DNA of 64,000 bases from an uncultured Planctomycetota bacterium (GTDB lineage: Bacteria > Planctomycetota > Planctomycetia > Isosphaerales > Isosphaeraceae), in contig CAWGMQ010000010.1 in NCBI GenBank assembly GCA_963823665.1, positions 1,984,001 to 2,048,000 on the forward strand, read 5' to 3'. Of the stretch, positions 29,057 to 40,015 are shown piece after piece. Position numbers and translations under genes: made by a program. The notes beneath the pieces are model-generated. The model ran no database searches. It saw only the letters and a program-made list of their open reading frames with translations, and was not told the DNA's origin. How positions within the stretch are numbered: the stretch's first letter is position 1; each line of letters begins with the position of its first letter.

Positions 29057-30409
29057 TTATCTCACTGATGCGGCCGCCGCGAATGCCTCGGCCAGTCCGT
29101 CAATTTCCTGCCTGGTTCTTTTCTCGGTGACGGCGACCAGGATGCAGTCGGCAAGCTTGGGATAAAATCGGCCGAGATCGATTCCGGCGTGGTATCCACT
29201 TTCGAGCATCCGGTCGAGCACCTGAGAGACCGGCTTCTTCGAGCGCACCACGAATTCCTTGAAGAACGGTCCTGAGAAAGCCAGTGAGAGGCCCGGCACC
29301 GCTCCGAGCTTTTCGGCCGCGTAGTGCGCCTTGCGAGCCGAGAGCTCCGCTGCACGCTGCAACCCGCTCGGGCCCATCACAGCGAGGTACATACTGGCTC
29401 GAAGCGCAAGCAGTCCTTGATTGGTACAGATATTGGACGTTGCCTTCTCGCGACGGATGTGCTGCTCTCGCGTTTGTAGCGTCAGCACCCAGCAGCGTTT
29501 ACCGGTCCGGTCCGTCGTCTCGCCGACGATCCGGCCCGGCATCTTCCGCACGTATTCCTCGCGGCAGACCATGATTCCCAGGTACGGGCCGCCGTAACAA
29601 AGGTGGTTGCCCAGCGACTGGCCTTCGGCCACGGCAATATCGGCGCCGTAGTCGATCGGGCGCTTGAGCAGCCCGACGCTGATCGGGTCAAACACGACGA
29701 TTGCCAGCGCGCCGCGGTCGTGCGCTGCCTTCACGATTGCCTGCACGTCCTCGAGCCCGCCGAGGAAATTCGGGTACTGAAAAACCACCGCGGCAGTTTG
29801 ATCGGAAATCGCTCGCGCGATCGAGTCGCTCGTAACCTGCCCGTCGTGGGCCGGCACGGTCACCAGCTCGGGCTCGAGGTGTTCCAGAAAGGTTGCCAGC
29901 ACCTGGCGGTATTCCGGATGAACCGTCTCGGCGACAAGCACCTGGCCGAACCGCCGCGTGATCGAGAGCGCCATGAGCACGGCCTCGGCCGTCGCCGAGC
30001 CGCCGTCGTAAAGGCTTGAGTTCGAAACATCGAGCCCGGTGAGCTGCGTCATCATGGTTTGATATTCAAACGTCGCCTGCAGCGTTCCCTGGCTCGCCTC
30101 CGCCTGGTAGGGTGTGTAGGCGGTGTAGAACTCTCCGCGTCCCGCCAGGTTGTCAACGACGGCCGGTATGAAATGGTCATAAGCGCCGCCGCCCAGGAAG
30201 CAGACTTTCTGGTCCGCACCCTGGTTCTTCAGGAGCGCCTCGCTCACGCTTTGCGTCAGCTCGAGCTCGCTCAGGGCTGGCGGAATGGCGAGCGGCCCCT
30301 TGGTTCGCAGCTCCTCGGGAATCGTCTTGAATAGATCATCCAGCGAGCGCATGCCGATCGCCTCGAGCATGACCCGCCCGTCTTCCGGCGTATTCGCTTC
30401 GTAAACCAT
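29057..30409 (-). CDS. gcvPA: Glycine dehydrogenase subunit 1
   Basis: YTAYTPYQAEASQG, NSSLYDG, QTREQHIRREKATSNICTNQ. Confidence 0.97.
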   Translation of the reverse strand: MVYEANTPEDGRVMLEAIGMRSLDDLFKTIPEELRTKGPLAIPPALSELELTQSVSEALLKNQGADQKVCFLGGGAYDHFIPAVVDNLAGRGEFYTAYTPYQAEASQGTLQATFEYQTMMTQLTGLDVSNSSLYDGGSATAEAVLMALSITRRFGQVLVAETVHPEYRQVLATFLEHLEPELVTVPAHDGQVTSDSIARAISDQTAAVVFQYPNFLGGLEDVQAIVKAAHDRGALAIVVFDPISVGLLKRPIDYGADIAVAEGQSLGNHLCYGGPYLGIMVCREEYVRKMPGRIVGETTDRTGKRCWVLTLQTREQHIRREKATSNICTNQGLLALRASMYLAVMGPSGLQRAAELSARKAHYAAEKLGAVPGLSLAFSGPFFKEFVVRSKKPVSQVLDRMLESGYHAGIDLGRFYPKLADCILVAVTEKRTRQEIDGLAEAFAAAASVR

Positions 30410-30448
30410 CGACGTGTCGGTTCCGGTAACAGCAAGAGAAATGGTGAA

Positions 30449-30835
30449 TCAGTGCGCTTCTTCGGCGACCTTCTTCTCGTACGAGTCCAGATCAAGCAGC
30501 TCCGCCGTCTGAGGTGGCTGGGCGAGCCGCACCTTGATGAGCCAGCCCTTCTCGAAAGGGTCTTCGGCAAGGAGCTGCACGTTCGCGGTGACAGCCTCAT
30601 TCACCGCAGTCACTTCGCCGCTCACCGGCGCATAAAGATCGCTCACCGCCTTCACGCTTTCGATCTCTCCGAACGACTTGCCGGCCGTCACCTTGGTTCC
30701 CACGGCGGGAAGCTCGATCATGATCAGGTCGGTCAATTGCTCAACAGCAAACTGTGTGATCCCGATCGTCGCATTGGCCCCTTCAATATACACCCACTCG
30801 TGAGAGGCCAGGTATCCCAGCGATTTGCGATCCAT
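30449..30835 (-). CDS. gcvH: Glycine cleavage H protein
   Basis: SHEWV, GEIESVKAVSDLYAPVSGEV lipoyl motif. Confidence 0.97.
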   Translation of the reverse strand: MDRKSLGYLASHEWVYIEGANATIGITQFAVEQLTDLIMIELPAVGTKVTAGKSFGEIESVKAVSDLYAPVSGEVTAVNEAVTANVQLLAEDPFEKGWLIKVRLAQPPQTAELLDLDSYEKKVAEEAH

Positions 30836-30902
30836 GAATCAAAATCCTCGTGAAGTGCTCAGTCAGGTCTTGGATCCAGAGTGAACAGGAGGCCTGCGAA
30901 GG

Positions 30903-32024
30903 TCAGGTTTCTGATGCCGTTTTTCCCGCGCGTTTGTAGAACGGCAGCTTGACGACTCGTGCCGGCTCACGATGCCCGCGCACGTCCACCGCGAGCTTCG
31001 TGCCGGTCTTTTGCGCGGCCCGATCGACGTAGGCCATCGCCAGGCTGACCTGAAGTGTCGGCGAAAAGGTGCCCGATGTGACCTCGCCGACTTGCGTCTC
31101 TCCGGAATACACGGCCGAGCCCTGCCGGGCAATCCGTTTCCCTTCCAGCACGAGCCCCACCCTCGCCCGGGGAGGTTGCGTCTTGAACCGTTCGAGCGCC
31201 TGACGCCCCACGAAATCTCCCTTGTCGAGCTTGACCGCCCACGCCAGCCCCGCCGAGAAAGGGTCGATCGTCTCGGATAGCTCGTGCCCATAGAGAGGCA
31301 TGCCGGCCTCGAGCCGCAGCGTGTCTCTGGCGCCGAGCCCGCAGGCCGTCACTCCTTGTGACTTGCCGGATTCCAGAAGCGCCTCCCAGAGAGGAAGTGC
31401 GGCCGAATTCCCCACAATCAACTCGAAACCGTCTTCGCCCGTGTAGCCGGTGCGGCTGACGACCGTGTTGATGCTCCCGAGCAGTCTGCCCATCGTCAAA
31501 TGATAGTAGGGAACACTCGCCAGGGGCTGGTCGAAGAGCGGCTGCACGGTGTCCAGCGCACGCGGGCCTTGCACAGCGATCATCGCCGTGGCCGTCGTGC
31601 GATCGACGAAGTTGCCGACCGCCCCGGTTCGCTGGCTCTCGAGCTGGCTGACGACCTGCGCTCGATTCGACGCATTGCAAACGACCAGATACGCGAATGG
31701 CTGGCGGTAAACCAGGATGTCGTCGATCACCCCTCCGTCTGCGGTCGCGACCAGGCTGTACTGGATCTGGTTGTCGGCAAGGGACGCGACGCGGTTGGTG
31801 GTCACTCGCTCGAGCCAGTCGAGAACGCCGGGCCCGTCAAACGTCAGCCGCCCCATGTGGCCGATGTCGAAGAGACCCACCCGCTTCCTGACTGCCTCGT
31901 GCTCTTCGCCGATGGTCGTGTACTGGACGGGCATCGACCACCCGCCGAACTCGACGAGCCGGCCGCCGTGGCTCTTGTGCCAGTCATGAAGCGACGTCTG
32001 GAGCAGCGGAGCGTTGGCAGTCAC
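30903..32024 (-). CDS. gcvT: Aminomethyltransferase (glycine cleavage T protein)
   Basis: FGGWSMPVQY, FDIGHMG, SRTGYTGEDGFE, GLGARDTLRLEAG. Confidence 0.97.
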   Translation of the reverse strand: MTANAPLLQTSLHDWHKSHGGRLVEFGGWSMPVQYTTIGEEHEAVRKRVGLFDIGHMGRLTFDGPGVLDWLERVTTNRVASLADNQIQYSLVATADGGVIDDILVYRQPFAYLVVCNASNRAQVVSQLESQRTGAVGNFVDRTTATAMIAVQGPRALDTVQPLFDQPLASVPYYHLTMGRLLGSINTVVSRTGYTGEDGFELIVGNSAALPLWEALLESGKSQGVTACGLGARDTLRLEAGMPLYGHELSETIDPFSAGLAWAVKLDKGDFVGRQALERFKTQPPRARVGLVLEGKRIARQGSAVYSGETQVGEVTSGTFSPTLQVSLAMAYVDRAAQKTGTKLAVDVRGHREPARVVKLPFYKRAGKTASET

Positions 32025-32141
32025 GAGGTTCTCGGCGGTAGCATGATGACATTGCGGAAAGGACACACCAGGCGGTGTGAAGCCGCATGATTCTAGCTGG
32101 TTTGGTGTTTCCAGGACAACGGGTGTGAGAAACACGGCCGT

Positions 32142-33437
32142 TTAGAAGCCCATGCGCACGAACCTCATCATGGGCCGCTTCACCTGCGCCGCCACAATCC
32201 CTTGATCCGTGACCGTGGTCTTGCCGATTGCTACCTGCTGCAAGGCTCGCAGTCCTTGCAGATGCAATAACCCCGCGTCGGTGATCGCCGTCCGCTCCAG
32301 GAAAAGCAGTGTCAGTTGATCCAGGCCCGCCAGCTTTGCCAGACCCGCGTCGCTCGTCGCCGTACCGTCCAACCAGAGATTATACAGATTCGTGAGCCCG
32401 GCGATGTGGGTCAGGCCCGCATCGGTGATCCGGGTGTCGTCGAGCGACAGATGGGTGACCGCCCCAAGATTGCTGATCGCGCCGAGCCCGGCGTCGCTGA
32501 CCTTTGTCTTCGCCAGCGAGAGCTGCTGCATCAAAGTCAGGCCGCGAATCGGCGCAAGTCCGGGATCGTCGATCGGTGTCGAATCGAGATTCAACGATGT
32601 TAATCCACGCAGATGTGCGATCGGGGCGAGATCGTCGACGCCGGTGTGGTGAAGGTTCAGCATTTGAAGGCGTGTCATTTCTCGTAATGAAATGAGCCCG
32701 GCGGACGTGATCCGGGGCGAATGGATCTGAATTGTCTGCAAACGACGAAGCCCTTTCAGATTCACCAACCCCGCGTCGGTTAGCTCGGGGCTGATCGTTC
32801 CCTGGGAAAGCCATTGCAGCTTGGTGAGGCCTGCCAGGTTGGTCAGGTCGGAGTCTGAAAGACGCGCATTGGGCAAATCCAGCCGCTCGAGCCGGGTGAG
32901 CCGCTGCAAGTGCTGCAATCCGGCGCCGGTGGCTCCGCTGAAGCTGAGGTCCAGAATTCGCAGCTTTGTTAGACCTACCAGATGCGCCAAGCCGGCGTCA
33001 GTGACGTTTCGGCATCCGTTTAACTGGAGATCTTCCAGGCCGCCAAGCCGGCCCACGTGGGCCATGAGCGAGTCGTTCGTTCGATCGGCCCGCCCACCAA
33101 CGAGCACGACCTGCTTGACCTCGTAGAGGAAGTCCACCCCCAGGTTGTTGATGAGCCACGCGGGCCACTTGGGTTGGCCGCGCGGGTCCCACCGGCCGTC
33201 GCGCCATTGCCACGAGTAGACGACCCTGCCCCCCGCCTTGCCGATCGCCGCCACCGTATCGCGCTGAACGTGAGCCCTGCGCACGATCCAGCCGAATCCG
33301 CCGCCCAGCACGAGCACCAGCGCGATCAGCCCACGAATGCTGAACCTCAGGAAGCGCCGACGATGGCGAGACGCAGACGTTTGAATAGCGGCATGCACTT
33401 GCGACCGGCATCTCCAAACTGAGCAGAGCCAGGGCAT
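32142..33437 (-). CDS. Leucine-rich-repeat protein, paralog of 1798-3598
   Basis: RFSIRGLIALVLVLGGGFGW..QRDTVAAIGKAGG; about 12 24-aa LRRs; start uncertain. Confidence 0.85.
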   Translation of the reverse strand: MPWLCSVWRCRSQVHAAIQTSASRHRRRFLRFSIRGLIALVLVLGGGFGWIVRRAHVQRDTVAAIGKAGGRVVYSWQWRDGRWDPRGQPKWPAWLINNLGVDFLYEVKQVVLVGGRADRTNDSLMAHVGRLGGLEDLQLNGCRNVTDAGLAHLVGLTKLRILDLSFSGATGAGLQHLQRLTRLERLDLPNARLSDSDLTNLAGLTKLQWLSQGTISPELTDAGLVNLKGLRRLQTIQIHSPRITSAGLISLREMTRLQMLNLHHTGVDDLAPIAHLRGLTSLNLDSTPIDDPGLAPIRGLTLMQQLSLAKTKVSDAGLGAISNLGAVTHLSLDDTRITDAGLTHIAGLTNLYNLWLDGTATSDAGLAKLAGLDQLTLLFLERTAITDAGLLHLQGLRALQQVAIGKTTVTDQGIVAAQVKRPMMRFVRMGF

Positions 33438-33453
33438 ACGATCCTGAAACTTT

Positions 33454-33476
33454 GTAGCAGGCACACTCCGTGTGCC
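33454..33476 (+). repeat. GTAG-family REP-like palindrome
   Basis: GTAG-CA-GGCACAC-TCC-GTGTGCC (GTAG tetranucleotide plus perfect 7-bp stem). Confidence 0.6.
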
Positions 33477-33574
33477 GCCCGCAAACGCATCTGGTTCGCT
33501 GCACCCTCCCAAATCCACCGCAGATCGGCTAGCGTGGACCGCTCAATTTTCTCCATTGAGGCAGGCCCCTCGCA

Positions 33575-35408
33575 ATGCCAGAGCAATCCCTCGCCACTGA
33601 TCCAGCAGCCCGAAACTCGGCGCTCGCCGAAGACATTCGGCCCACCTACGAGCGCCGGCTCGCTGAGCGGAACCGCGAGCTGGAGCGATGCACGCGTCGC
33701 GACCGCAGAGTCGCCGACGCCCGGCTGGCCGCGTTTGTCGTGCTGGTCTTGCTCGGTTTTCTGGTCATTCGCGGCACAGGCATCCCGCTGTGGTGGCTGG
33801 TCCCACCTGGGGCGATCTTCATCGCGCTGATCCTGGTCCACGAGCCGGTCCGCCGCGCCGCCGACCGCGCCCGTCGCTCCGTGCAGTTTTACTCGAACGG
33901 CCTGGCTCGACTCGACGGCCGCTGGCCCGGCGCGGGCTCAACCGGGTTGTCGTATCTCAACGTGGATCACCCTTATGCCGCCGACCTCGACCTCTTCGGT
34001 GCCGGTTCGCTCTTTGAGAGGTTATGCACCGCGAGGACGCGATCGGGTGAGGACACGCTGGCCGCCTGGTTGCTCGCCCCCGCGAGCCCAGAGGAGGTCG
34101 CCGAGCGCCAAGAGGCCGTTCGTGAGCTGCGCCCGCAGCTCGACCTGCGCGAAGACCTCGAGCTGCTGGGCGTCGATGTTCGCCAGGCCATCGATCCGGC
34201 CGCGCTCGTTGAATTTGGAACCGCCAGGCGGGTCTTTTCGGGACTCTGGGTGCCTCTTGTCGCGTTTGTTCTCGGCGTGCTCGGGACCGCCACTCTCGTG
34301 GGCTGGCTCTTCTTCGAGTTCGACCTTGTGCCTTTTCTCCTCGTTCTCATTTGCGATGGTATCTTCGCCCGTGTGGTCTTCAGACGCGTAAGCACCGTGC
34401 TTTCGGCCGTCGAGCGCCGCACGGCCGACCTGATTCTTCTCTCCGAGATGTTGCATCGGCTGGAGACGCATCCGTTCGAGGCCGCGCGGCTGCGCCAGCT
34501 TGTAAAATCGCTGGAATCGGACGGGCACCCGGCGTCCACGCAGATCAAGCGGCTCGCCCGCCTTCTTCAGTTGCTCGATTGCCGGCGTAATCAGCTCTTC
34601 GCGCCCTTCGGCGCGTTGTGGCTTTGGACCACCCAGATCGCCGTGCGCATCGACGCCTGGCGCAGCGGGCCGGGGCCCCGGATCGTCAACTGGCTCGCCG
34701 CAATCGGAGAATTCGAGTCGCTCTGTGCGCTGGCGGCCTACACCGCGGAAAACCCGCAGGATGTGTTTCCGCAGATTGGTACAGGCCCGGCACAGGTGGA
34801 AGCTCTGGGAATCGGCCACCCGTTGATCGCGAGACGCGACTGCGTCTTCAACGACGTGACGCTCGGCAGCCGCACGCATGCCTTGATCGTCAGCGGCTCG
34901 AACATGTCGGGCAAGAGCACATTGTTGCGTACGGTGGGCATCAATACCGTGCTGGCGCTGGCCGGCGCCGGTGCGTGCCACGGCGCTCCGCCTCACGCCG
35001 ATGGCCGTGGGCGCCACTCTGCGAATTCAGGATTCGCTCCAGGCGGGGCGCTCGCGTTTCTACGCCGAGATCACCCGCGTGCGGCAATTAGTCGAGCTCT
35101 CGCGCGGCCGGCTTCCGCTTCTCTTCCTGTTCGACGAGCTATTCAACGGCACCAACTCGCACGACCGCTTCGTCGGAGCGGAGGGCGTCGTCAAGGGACT
35201 GCTCGCGCACGGCGCGATCGGCATGGTCACGACCCATGACCTTGCCTTGACCGAGTTCGGCGGCGGCGAGGATTCCGGGATCACCAACGTGCATTTTGCA
35301 GACCGACTCGTCGATGGGAAGATGATCTTCGATTACCGGATGCGGCCAGGGGTGGTGCAGCACAGCAATGCGCTGGCGCTCATGCGGGCGATTGGATTGG
35401 AGGTTTAG
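33575..35408 (+). CDS. Membrane-anchored MutS-related ATPase (domain V only), frameshift ~34968
   Basis: TM pairs; HPYAADLDLFG; Walker A GSNMSGKST; SRFYAEITR; FDELFNGTNS; TTHDL. Confidence 0.88.
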
Positions 35409-36187
35409 AAATCAAACGTCCCGCGCGCCAGCTCTTCTTCCCAGGCGTCCATGAGCGGCCAGTCGACGGCGCAGGTGCCGAAGTCGGACATGTGGGTGTA
35501 CGATTCGAGCCGCGCGATGGTCGCCTCGATCAGCTTGTTGTTCTTCCGGAAGATGGGGCCGTGGGAGGGAAGAAGGTATTCCACGTCCGAGCCGAGGATC
35601 CGCTTCAGACTGGCGACGAATTCCACCAGGCTCGAGCCGTGGTGGGCGTCGATCACCCCGACGCAGCCGTCGCGGAAGATATTGTCGCCGGAGAAAAGCA
35701 AGTTGCCCATCCGCAGCGCGAGCTGGCCGTCGGTGTGGCCAGGCGTGCTCCAGACCTCCAGGCTTTTATCGCCGATTTGCAGGCGTTCTCCCTCGTTGAT
35801 GACGCGGTCGACCTTGCAGCGCGGCATTGGGATATGGATGTTCTGAGCGTCGATTCTCGCGTAGGTGAAAATCTCATCGCCTTCTTCGATTGCCCTGATG
35901 CTCTTGGGATGGGCGGCCACGTCGCACTTGAGCACGTCGCGTGCACGGGTGAGCCCCTGGGTGTGATCGACGTCCGCGTGGGTCGCGATGATCAGCTTGC
36001 ACGCGGAGAAGCTGAAATTCATCTGACGGATCAGCTCGAGCACGTCGCCCAGCTCGTCGAGGAAGCCCACGTCGATCAAGGCGTATTCCGAGCCCCCGTC
36101 GATGAGGTAGATATTCACCCCCATCCGGCGCTTCGCCTGGTAGTTCATCTCGATCACGCCAGGAAAGACGTACCGCCGTTCGATCAT
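35405..36187 (-). CDS. Metallo-beta-lactamase-fold hydrolase
   Basis: THADVDH, TPGHT, FSGD, LPSHG. Confidence 0.9.
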   Translation of the reverse strand: MIERRYVFPGVIEMNYQAKRRMGVNIYLIDGGSEYALIDVGFLDELGDVLELIRQMNFSFSACKLIIATHADVDHTQGLTRARDVLKCDVAAHPKSIRAIEEGDEIFTYARIDAQNIHIPMPRCKVDRVINEGERLQIGDKSLEVWSTPGHTDGQLALRMGNLLFSGDNIFRDGCVGVIDAHHGSSLVEFVASLKRILGSDVEYLLPSHGPIFRKNNKLIEATIARLESYTHMSDFGTCAVDWPLMDAWEEELARGTFDF

Positions 36188-36279
36188 TCGAAATCAAGCT
36201 CCCGCGTGAGGACATGGCCGGCCTGAGAGGATTGTCGCCATTCTACGCGCTCCCCGCTCGAGGCTCAACGGCGCTGGAG

Positions 36280-36300
36280 AAAAGGTGTCTGACACCTTTT
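36280..36300. repeat. Palindrome AAAAGGTGTC-T-GACACCTTTT (possible bidirectional terminator or dispersed repeat)
   Basis: 10-bp perfect arms directly after the rhaB stop codon. Confidence 0.6.
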
Positions 36301-37815
36301 TCAAACGCCCACGAGCGCATTGAATCTCTCCATGGCGACGTCCCATGCAGATGTGTCCCGGGGCTCGTAGACCGTTACGGGAAACGAGCGAGCCACCACG
36401 GCGCGCAAGTCCGAGACCGAGCCGAGCTGACCGCGGCCCAAGGCTTGCATCAGAATGTTGCCGATCGCCGTGGCTTCGGCTGGGCCCGCGTGAACCGGAC
36501 GCCCGCAGGCGTCGGCCGTGAACTGGCACAAGAGCGCGTTCTTGCTGCCGCCCCCGACCACGTGGATCGTCTTGAGACGCGTTCCGAGAATCGATTCGAG
36601 GCGATCCACACCCCAGCGATACTTGAGCGCGAGGCTTTCAAAACAGCAACGAACGATCGCCCCCTCATCCTTGGGCAGTGTCTGGCCCGTCCGCTCGCAA
36701 TAAGCCGATAGCCGTTTCGGCATGTGTCCGTGCGACAGAAAGGACGCGTCGTCGGGATCCACCAGGGCCGCAAACGCCGGTGCAGCCTGGGCCCGCGCGG
36801 TCAACTCGTCGTACGACAGCTCCCGACCCGCCGCCGCCCAGTTCCGGCGGCATTCCTGCACCAGCCAGAGGCCCATGATGTTCTTGAGCAACCGCGTCGT
36901 CCCGGCCACTCCACCTTCGTTCGTAAAGTTAAATTTCATTGTCTCGGCGGTGATCACCGGACGCGGAACTTCGACGCCCAGAAGGGACCAGGTTCCCGAG
37001 CTCAGATAACACCAGTCGGGGGCGGCCGGTGATGCAGCGAGATTTCTCGATCCAGCCACGGCCGGCACGGCCGCGACCGCGCTCGCGGTGTCATGCGTTG
37101 CGGGCACGATCACGTCGATCGCGCGCGAGATCCCCAATTCCTCTGCCACGGATGGTCGCAGCGCCCCCAGCGTCGTGCCGGCCTCGATCAGCTCGGGTAA
37201 GATCGCCCGCGGCAAGCCGAGTGCCGTACAGAGCTCATCCGACCACGCTCCTTTGCGAGCGTCGAGCAACTGCGTGGTTGACGCGTTTGTCCGCTCGCAG
37301 ACGCGGCGCCCGGTCAGGAGCCATCCGAACAAGTCCGGCATCAACAGGAGCGTTTCGCTCACCTCGAGCAGGGGCGACCGCGATGTCGCCAGTGCGAGAA
37401 GCTGGTAGACGGTGTTGAACGGCAAAAACTGCAAGCCGGAGATCTCATAGATTCGCTCGCGGGAAACTCGTTCGAAAGCGGCTTCAAGCATGCCGTTCGT
37501 GCGTGCGTCGCGATAATGCACGGGGTTGCCCAGGAGCGTGTCACCCCGCCCGACGAGGCCAAAATCGACACCCCACGTATCGACGCCGATGCCATCGAGC
37601 TGCCCGGCACCCGCGGCGCCTTTGCGAATCGCCGTCTTCGCCTCGTCAAGGAGCCGGGGTAAGTCCCAGTGGAGGGTGTCGAAAAGCCGCACGGGACCAT
37701 TGGGGAAACGGTGAACTTCCTCCATCTCCAGGAGCGTGCCATCGAACCGGCCCAGTAGCCCTCGGCCGCTCTCCGCCCCCAGGTCCAGCGCCAGATAGTT
37801 GCTCGTGGCCGCCAT
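36301..37815 (-). CDS. rhaB: Rhamnulokinase (FGGY family)
   Basis: LALDLGAESGR, GVDTWGVDF, HYRDART, THDTASAV, SSGTWSLLG, NFTNEGG, LLKNIMGLW. Confidence 0.92.
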   Translation of the reverse strand: MAATSNYLALDLGAESGRGLLGRFDGTLLEMEEVHRFPNGPVRLFDTLHWDLPRLLDEAKTAIRKGAAGAGQLDGIGVDTWGVDFGLVGRGDTLLGNPVHYRDARTNGMLEAAFERVSRERIYEISGLQFLPFNTVYQLLALATSRSPLLEVSETLLLMPDLFGWLLTGRRVCERTNASTTQLLDARKGAWSDELCTALGLPRAILPELIEAGTTLGALRPSVAEELGISRAIDVIVPATHDTASAVAAVPAVAGSRNLAASPAAPDWCYLSSGTWSLLGVEVPRPVITAETMKFNFTNEGGVAGTTRLLKNIMGLWLVQECRRNWAAAGRELSYDELTARAQAAPAFAALVDPDDASFLSHGHMPKRLSAYCERTGQTLPKDEGAIVRCCFESLALKYRWGVDRLESILGTRLKTIHVVGGGSKNALLCQFTADACGRPVHAGPAEATAIGNILMQALGRGQLGSVSDLRAVVARSFPVTVYEPRDTSAWDVAMERFNALVGV

Positions 37816-38171
37816 GGAGCTCGCCTCTCCCGCCGATTCCGAAGTCGATGTTATCTCACCCGTAACGACCGCTCATGATACGGACGTTCGCGCGGCCCAA
37901 CAAGCGCGCCGGCCATGAACGCGGCAGACCAATCCCGGCAAGCTAACTGGTAAACTCTTGCCAGGTGAATCCACATCCCGCGAATCCTGGCTCCCTGTCG
38001 GAACCAGCGGCGTAGACCGAGCGTCTAAAGGCATATGGGTGTCGCAAGCGGCGGTTGATGCCGGCTCGTCCACGGGGCTCGAACTGAACGGTATTGCACG
38101 TACTGGGCCCATCTCGCCGCGACCCGAAAGGTTGACAATTTCGGGCTCGCGGCGAGAGGCCGTCCAGCGAC

Positions 38172-38200
38172 TTGACAGACCTCGAATGGCGGGTTAACTT
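38172..38200 (+). promoter_or_regulatory. Sigma70-type promoter TTGACA-N17-TAACTT
   Basis: Perfect -35 box, 17-bp spacer and 4/6 -10 box upstream of the 38378-43333 gene run. Confidence 0.6.
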
Positions 38201-38377
38201 GAACTGTGGCCATTTGATGGAAGTGCAAAGATCATCTTGAGATGAGTTAAGGCGGCACGCGACTGAACCGCCTTGTTCGGTTGTGCCCGCGATCAGGCAG
38301 GCACCTCGCCACGCGGCCCTTCGGGCATGCCGGCAGTGACTCTCCAGCTCCTGGTTTTTTTCACGAGGTTCCGCGAA

Positions 38378-40015
38378 ATGCGCATCGTGCTCGTCGGCTG
38401 TCTTGGCCTGGCGCTCGTGCTGTTGCCACCACGATCCTCGGTCGCGCAGGCTCCGGCCAAGAAGGAGGCACAAGCTCCGGCCGCGACCCCCAAAGACGAT
38501 CAGGATGACGCCGATCAGCCCAAGGCCAAGGCTGGCGCGGAGAAAGGGAAGGCAGGGCAGGATAACGGGGCACCGGATGACGAAGACGGCACGTCCAAGG
38601 CTCTACCGTACGACGTGTTCCGGGACGAGAAGGCCGAAAAGTTGACCGACATCGCGGGTTTTACGCATATCAAGAAGCCCAAGGTGACGCCGATCGAGAT
38701 CCAGGACTTGAACGGCATGGCCGGCCCGGGTGGGCAACCTGAAAGCAATCTGATGAACCGCGTTGTCGATGCCATGGTCTCGGAATTGACCGATCATGCG
38801 AACCTCCAGGCCGTGGTCGAGCCCTCACCGAAGACGAGTATCCAGGCAGACGTCAACAAAGCGATTAACGACGCCACGACCACGCTGCTCGAGCCGATCT
38901 TCCTGGCCCGCAGCAACAAGAATCTGGCCTTTCAGACCGCGTATAACCGAGTACTGAAAGCGAAGCTAACGCCGTTGCTGAAGAACCATCTGATTCCCAG
39001 GGTGCAGGCAATGATCGTCCTGGGCCAGGCCGCAAGTGGTGACTACTTCCCACTTTACGCCGAGCAGATCAAGGATCCCAACCAGACCGTATGGGTCAAG
39101 CTCTGGGCCTTCGAGGGTATTGCCAATGCGATTGAGGAAGGGAAGCCGCCTGCCGGCGACGTGATTGCCTCAACTGCCAAGGTCGTCGCTGATTTCCTCA
39201 CCAAAATGGAGGACGCGCCCTATCCCGTCCAGCTTCGTGCGCTCGAGGCGCTTCGCGCCTTGAAGCAGGGCTATGAACCCAGTCGACCCGAAAACGCGGC
39301 GATGGCCAGCGCGGCGATGAAATTCCTCGCCGATGGCGACAAAAAGTTCGAGTTGCGGTCCGAGGCCGCCCGGGCTCTCGGGCTCATGCAGATTCCGCCG
39401 AGCGTGCGCAAGTACAACTTTCCCCTGGTCGCTCATTCGGTCGGTGTGCTGGCTGCGGACCTGGGTGAGCAGATCAACGAGCTCATCCCCGAGCACCAGT
39501 TGAAATCGGCCGCTGGCAAGGCGGCAGCCGCACCCGACGTCAAGATGAAGCCGGTTGCCAAAGCGCCCGCGAAGCCCGCTGCGAAGCCCGCCGTGAAGGG
39601 ACTGAAGGCGGCGAAGGCGGAGTTAGCGGCCGCACCGCCTGCAAAAGACACGGCCAAGCGCCCGCAGTCGACCAATCCCATCAAGGCGCGATACTTGACC
39701 GCGCTTTTGATCGGTCCGGTCTATCAAGCGTTTGACGGCAATCCCGGCGCTCGCGGCGACGCAGGCGGGCTCCTGCGCAACTCCGGCGCCGAGGGAGGTG
39801 CCTACAGCCAGAAGGTGTTCGAGCTGGTGAAGCCGATCGCCAAGGCATCGATCGAGCTGATCACGTCCGGCTCTCGTCAGATCAATGACAAGAAGAAGGA
39901 ACTCCAGGCTCGGGTCGACGCGCTTCGCGACTTCCTCGAAAAGAATCCACCGCCGGACAGGAAACTGGTTCAGGGGGGCGAGGAATTTCCCGTGGCGCAA
40001 GTACTGGGCCGATGA
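38378..40015 (+). CDS. Secreted HEAT/alpha-solenoid hypothetical protein
   Basis: Signal peptide MRIVLVGCLGLALVLL..AQA; HEAT-like LRALEAL and LRSEAARALG; AKP-rich linker. Confidence 0.75.
   Translation: MRIVLVGCLGLALVLLPPRSSVAQAPAKKEAQAPAATPKDDQDDADQPKAKAGAEKGKAGQDNGAPDDEDGTSKALPYDVFRDEKAEKLTDIAGFTHIKKPKVTPIEIQDLNGMAGPGGQPESNLMNRVVDAMVSELTDHANLQAVVEPSPKTSIQADVNKAINDATTTLLEPIFLARSNKNLAFQTAYNRVLKAKLTPLLKNHLIPRVQAMIVLGQAASGDYFPLYAEQIKDPNQTVWVKLWAFEGIANAIEEGKPPAGDVIASTAKVVADFLTKMEDAPYPVQLRALEALRALKQGYEPSRPENAAMASAAMKFLADGDKKFELRSEAARALGLMQIPPSVRKYNFPLVAHSVGVLAADLGEQINELIPEHQLKSAAGKAAAAPDVKMKPVAKAPAKPAAKPAVKGLKAAKAELAAAPPAKDTAKRPQSTNPIKARYLTALLIGPVYQAFDGNPGARGDAGGLLRNSGAEGGAYSQKVFELVKPIAKASIELITSGSRQINDKKKELQARVDALRDFLEKNPPPDRKLVQGGEEFPVAQVLGR

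Noticed and set aside
32025..32141. Glycine riboswitch upstream of gcvT
   Set aside because: Short gap without the GGAGA..CTCTCAGG aptamer motifs
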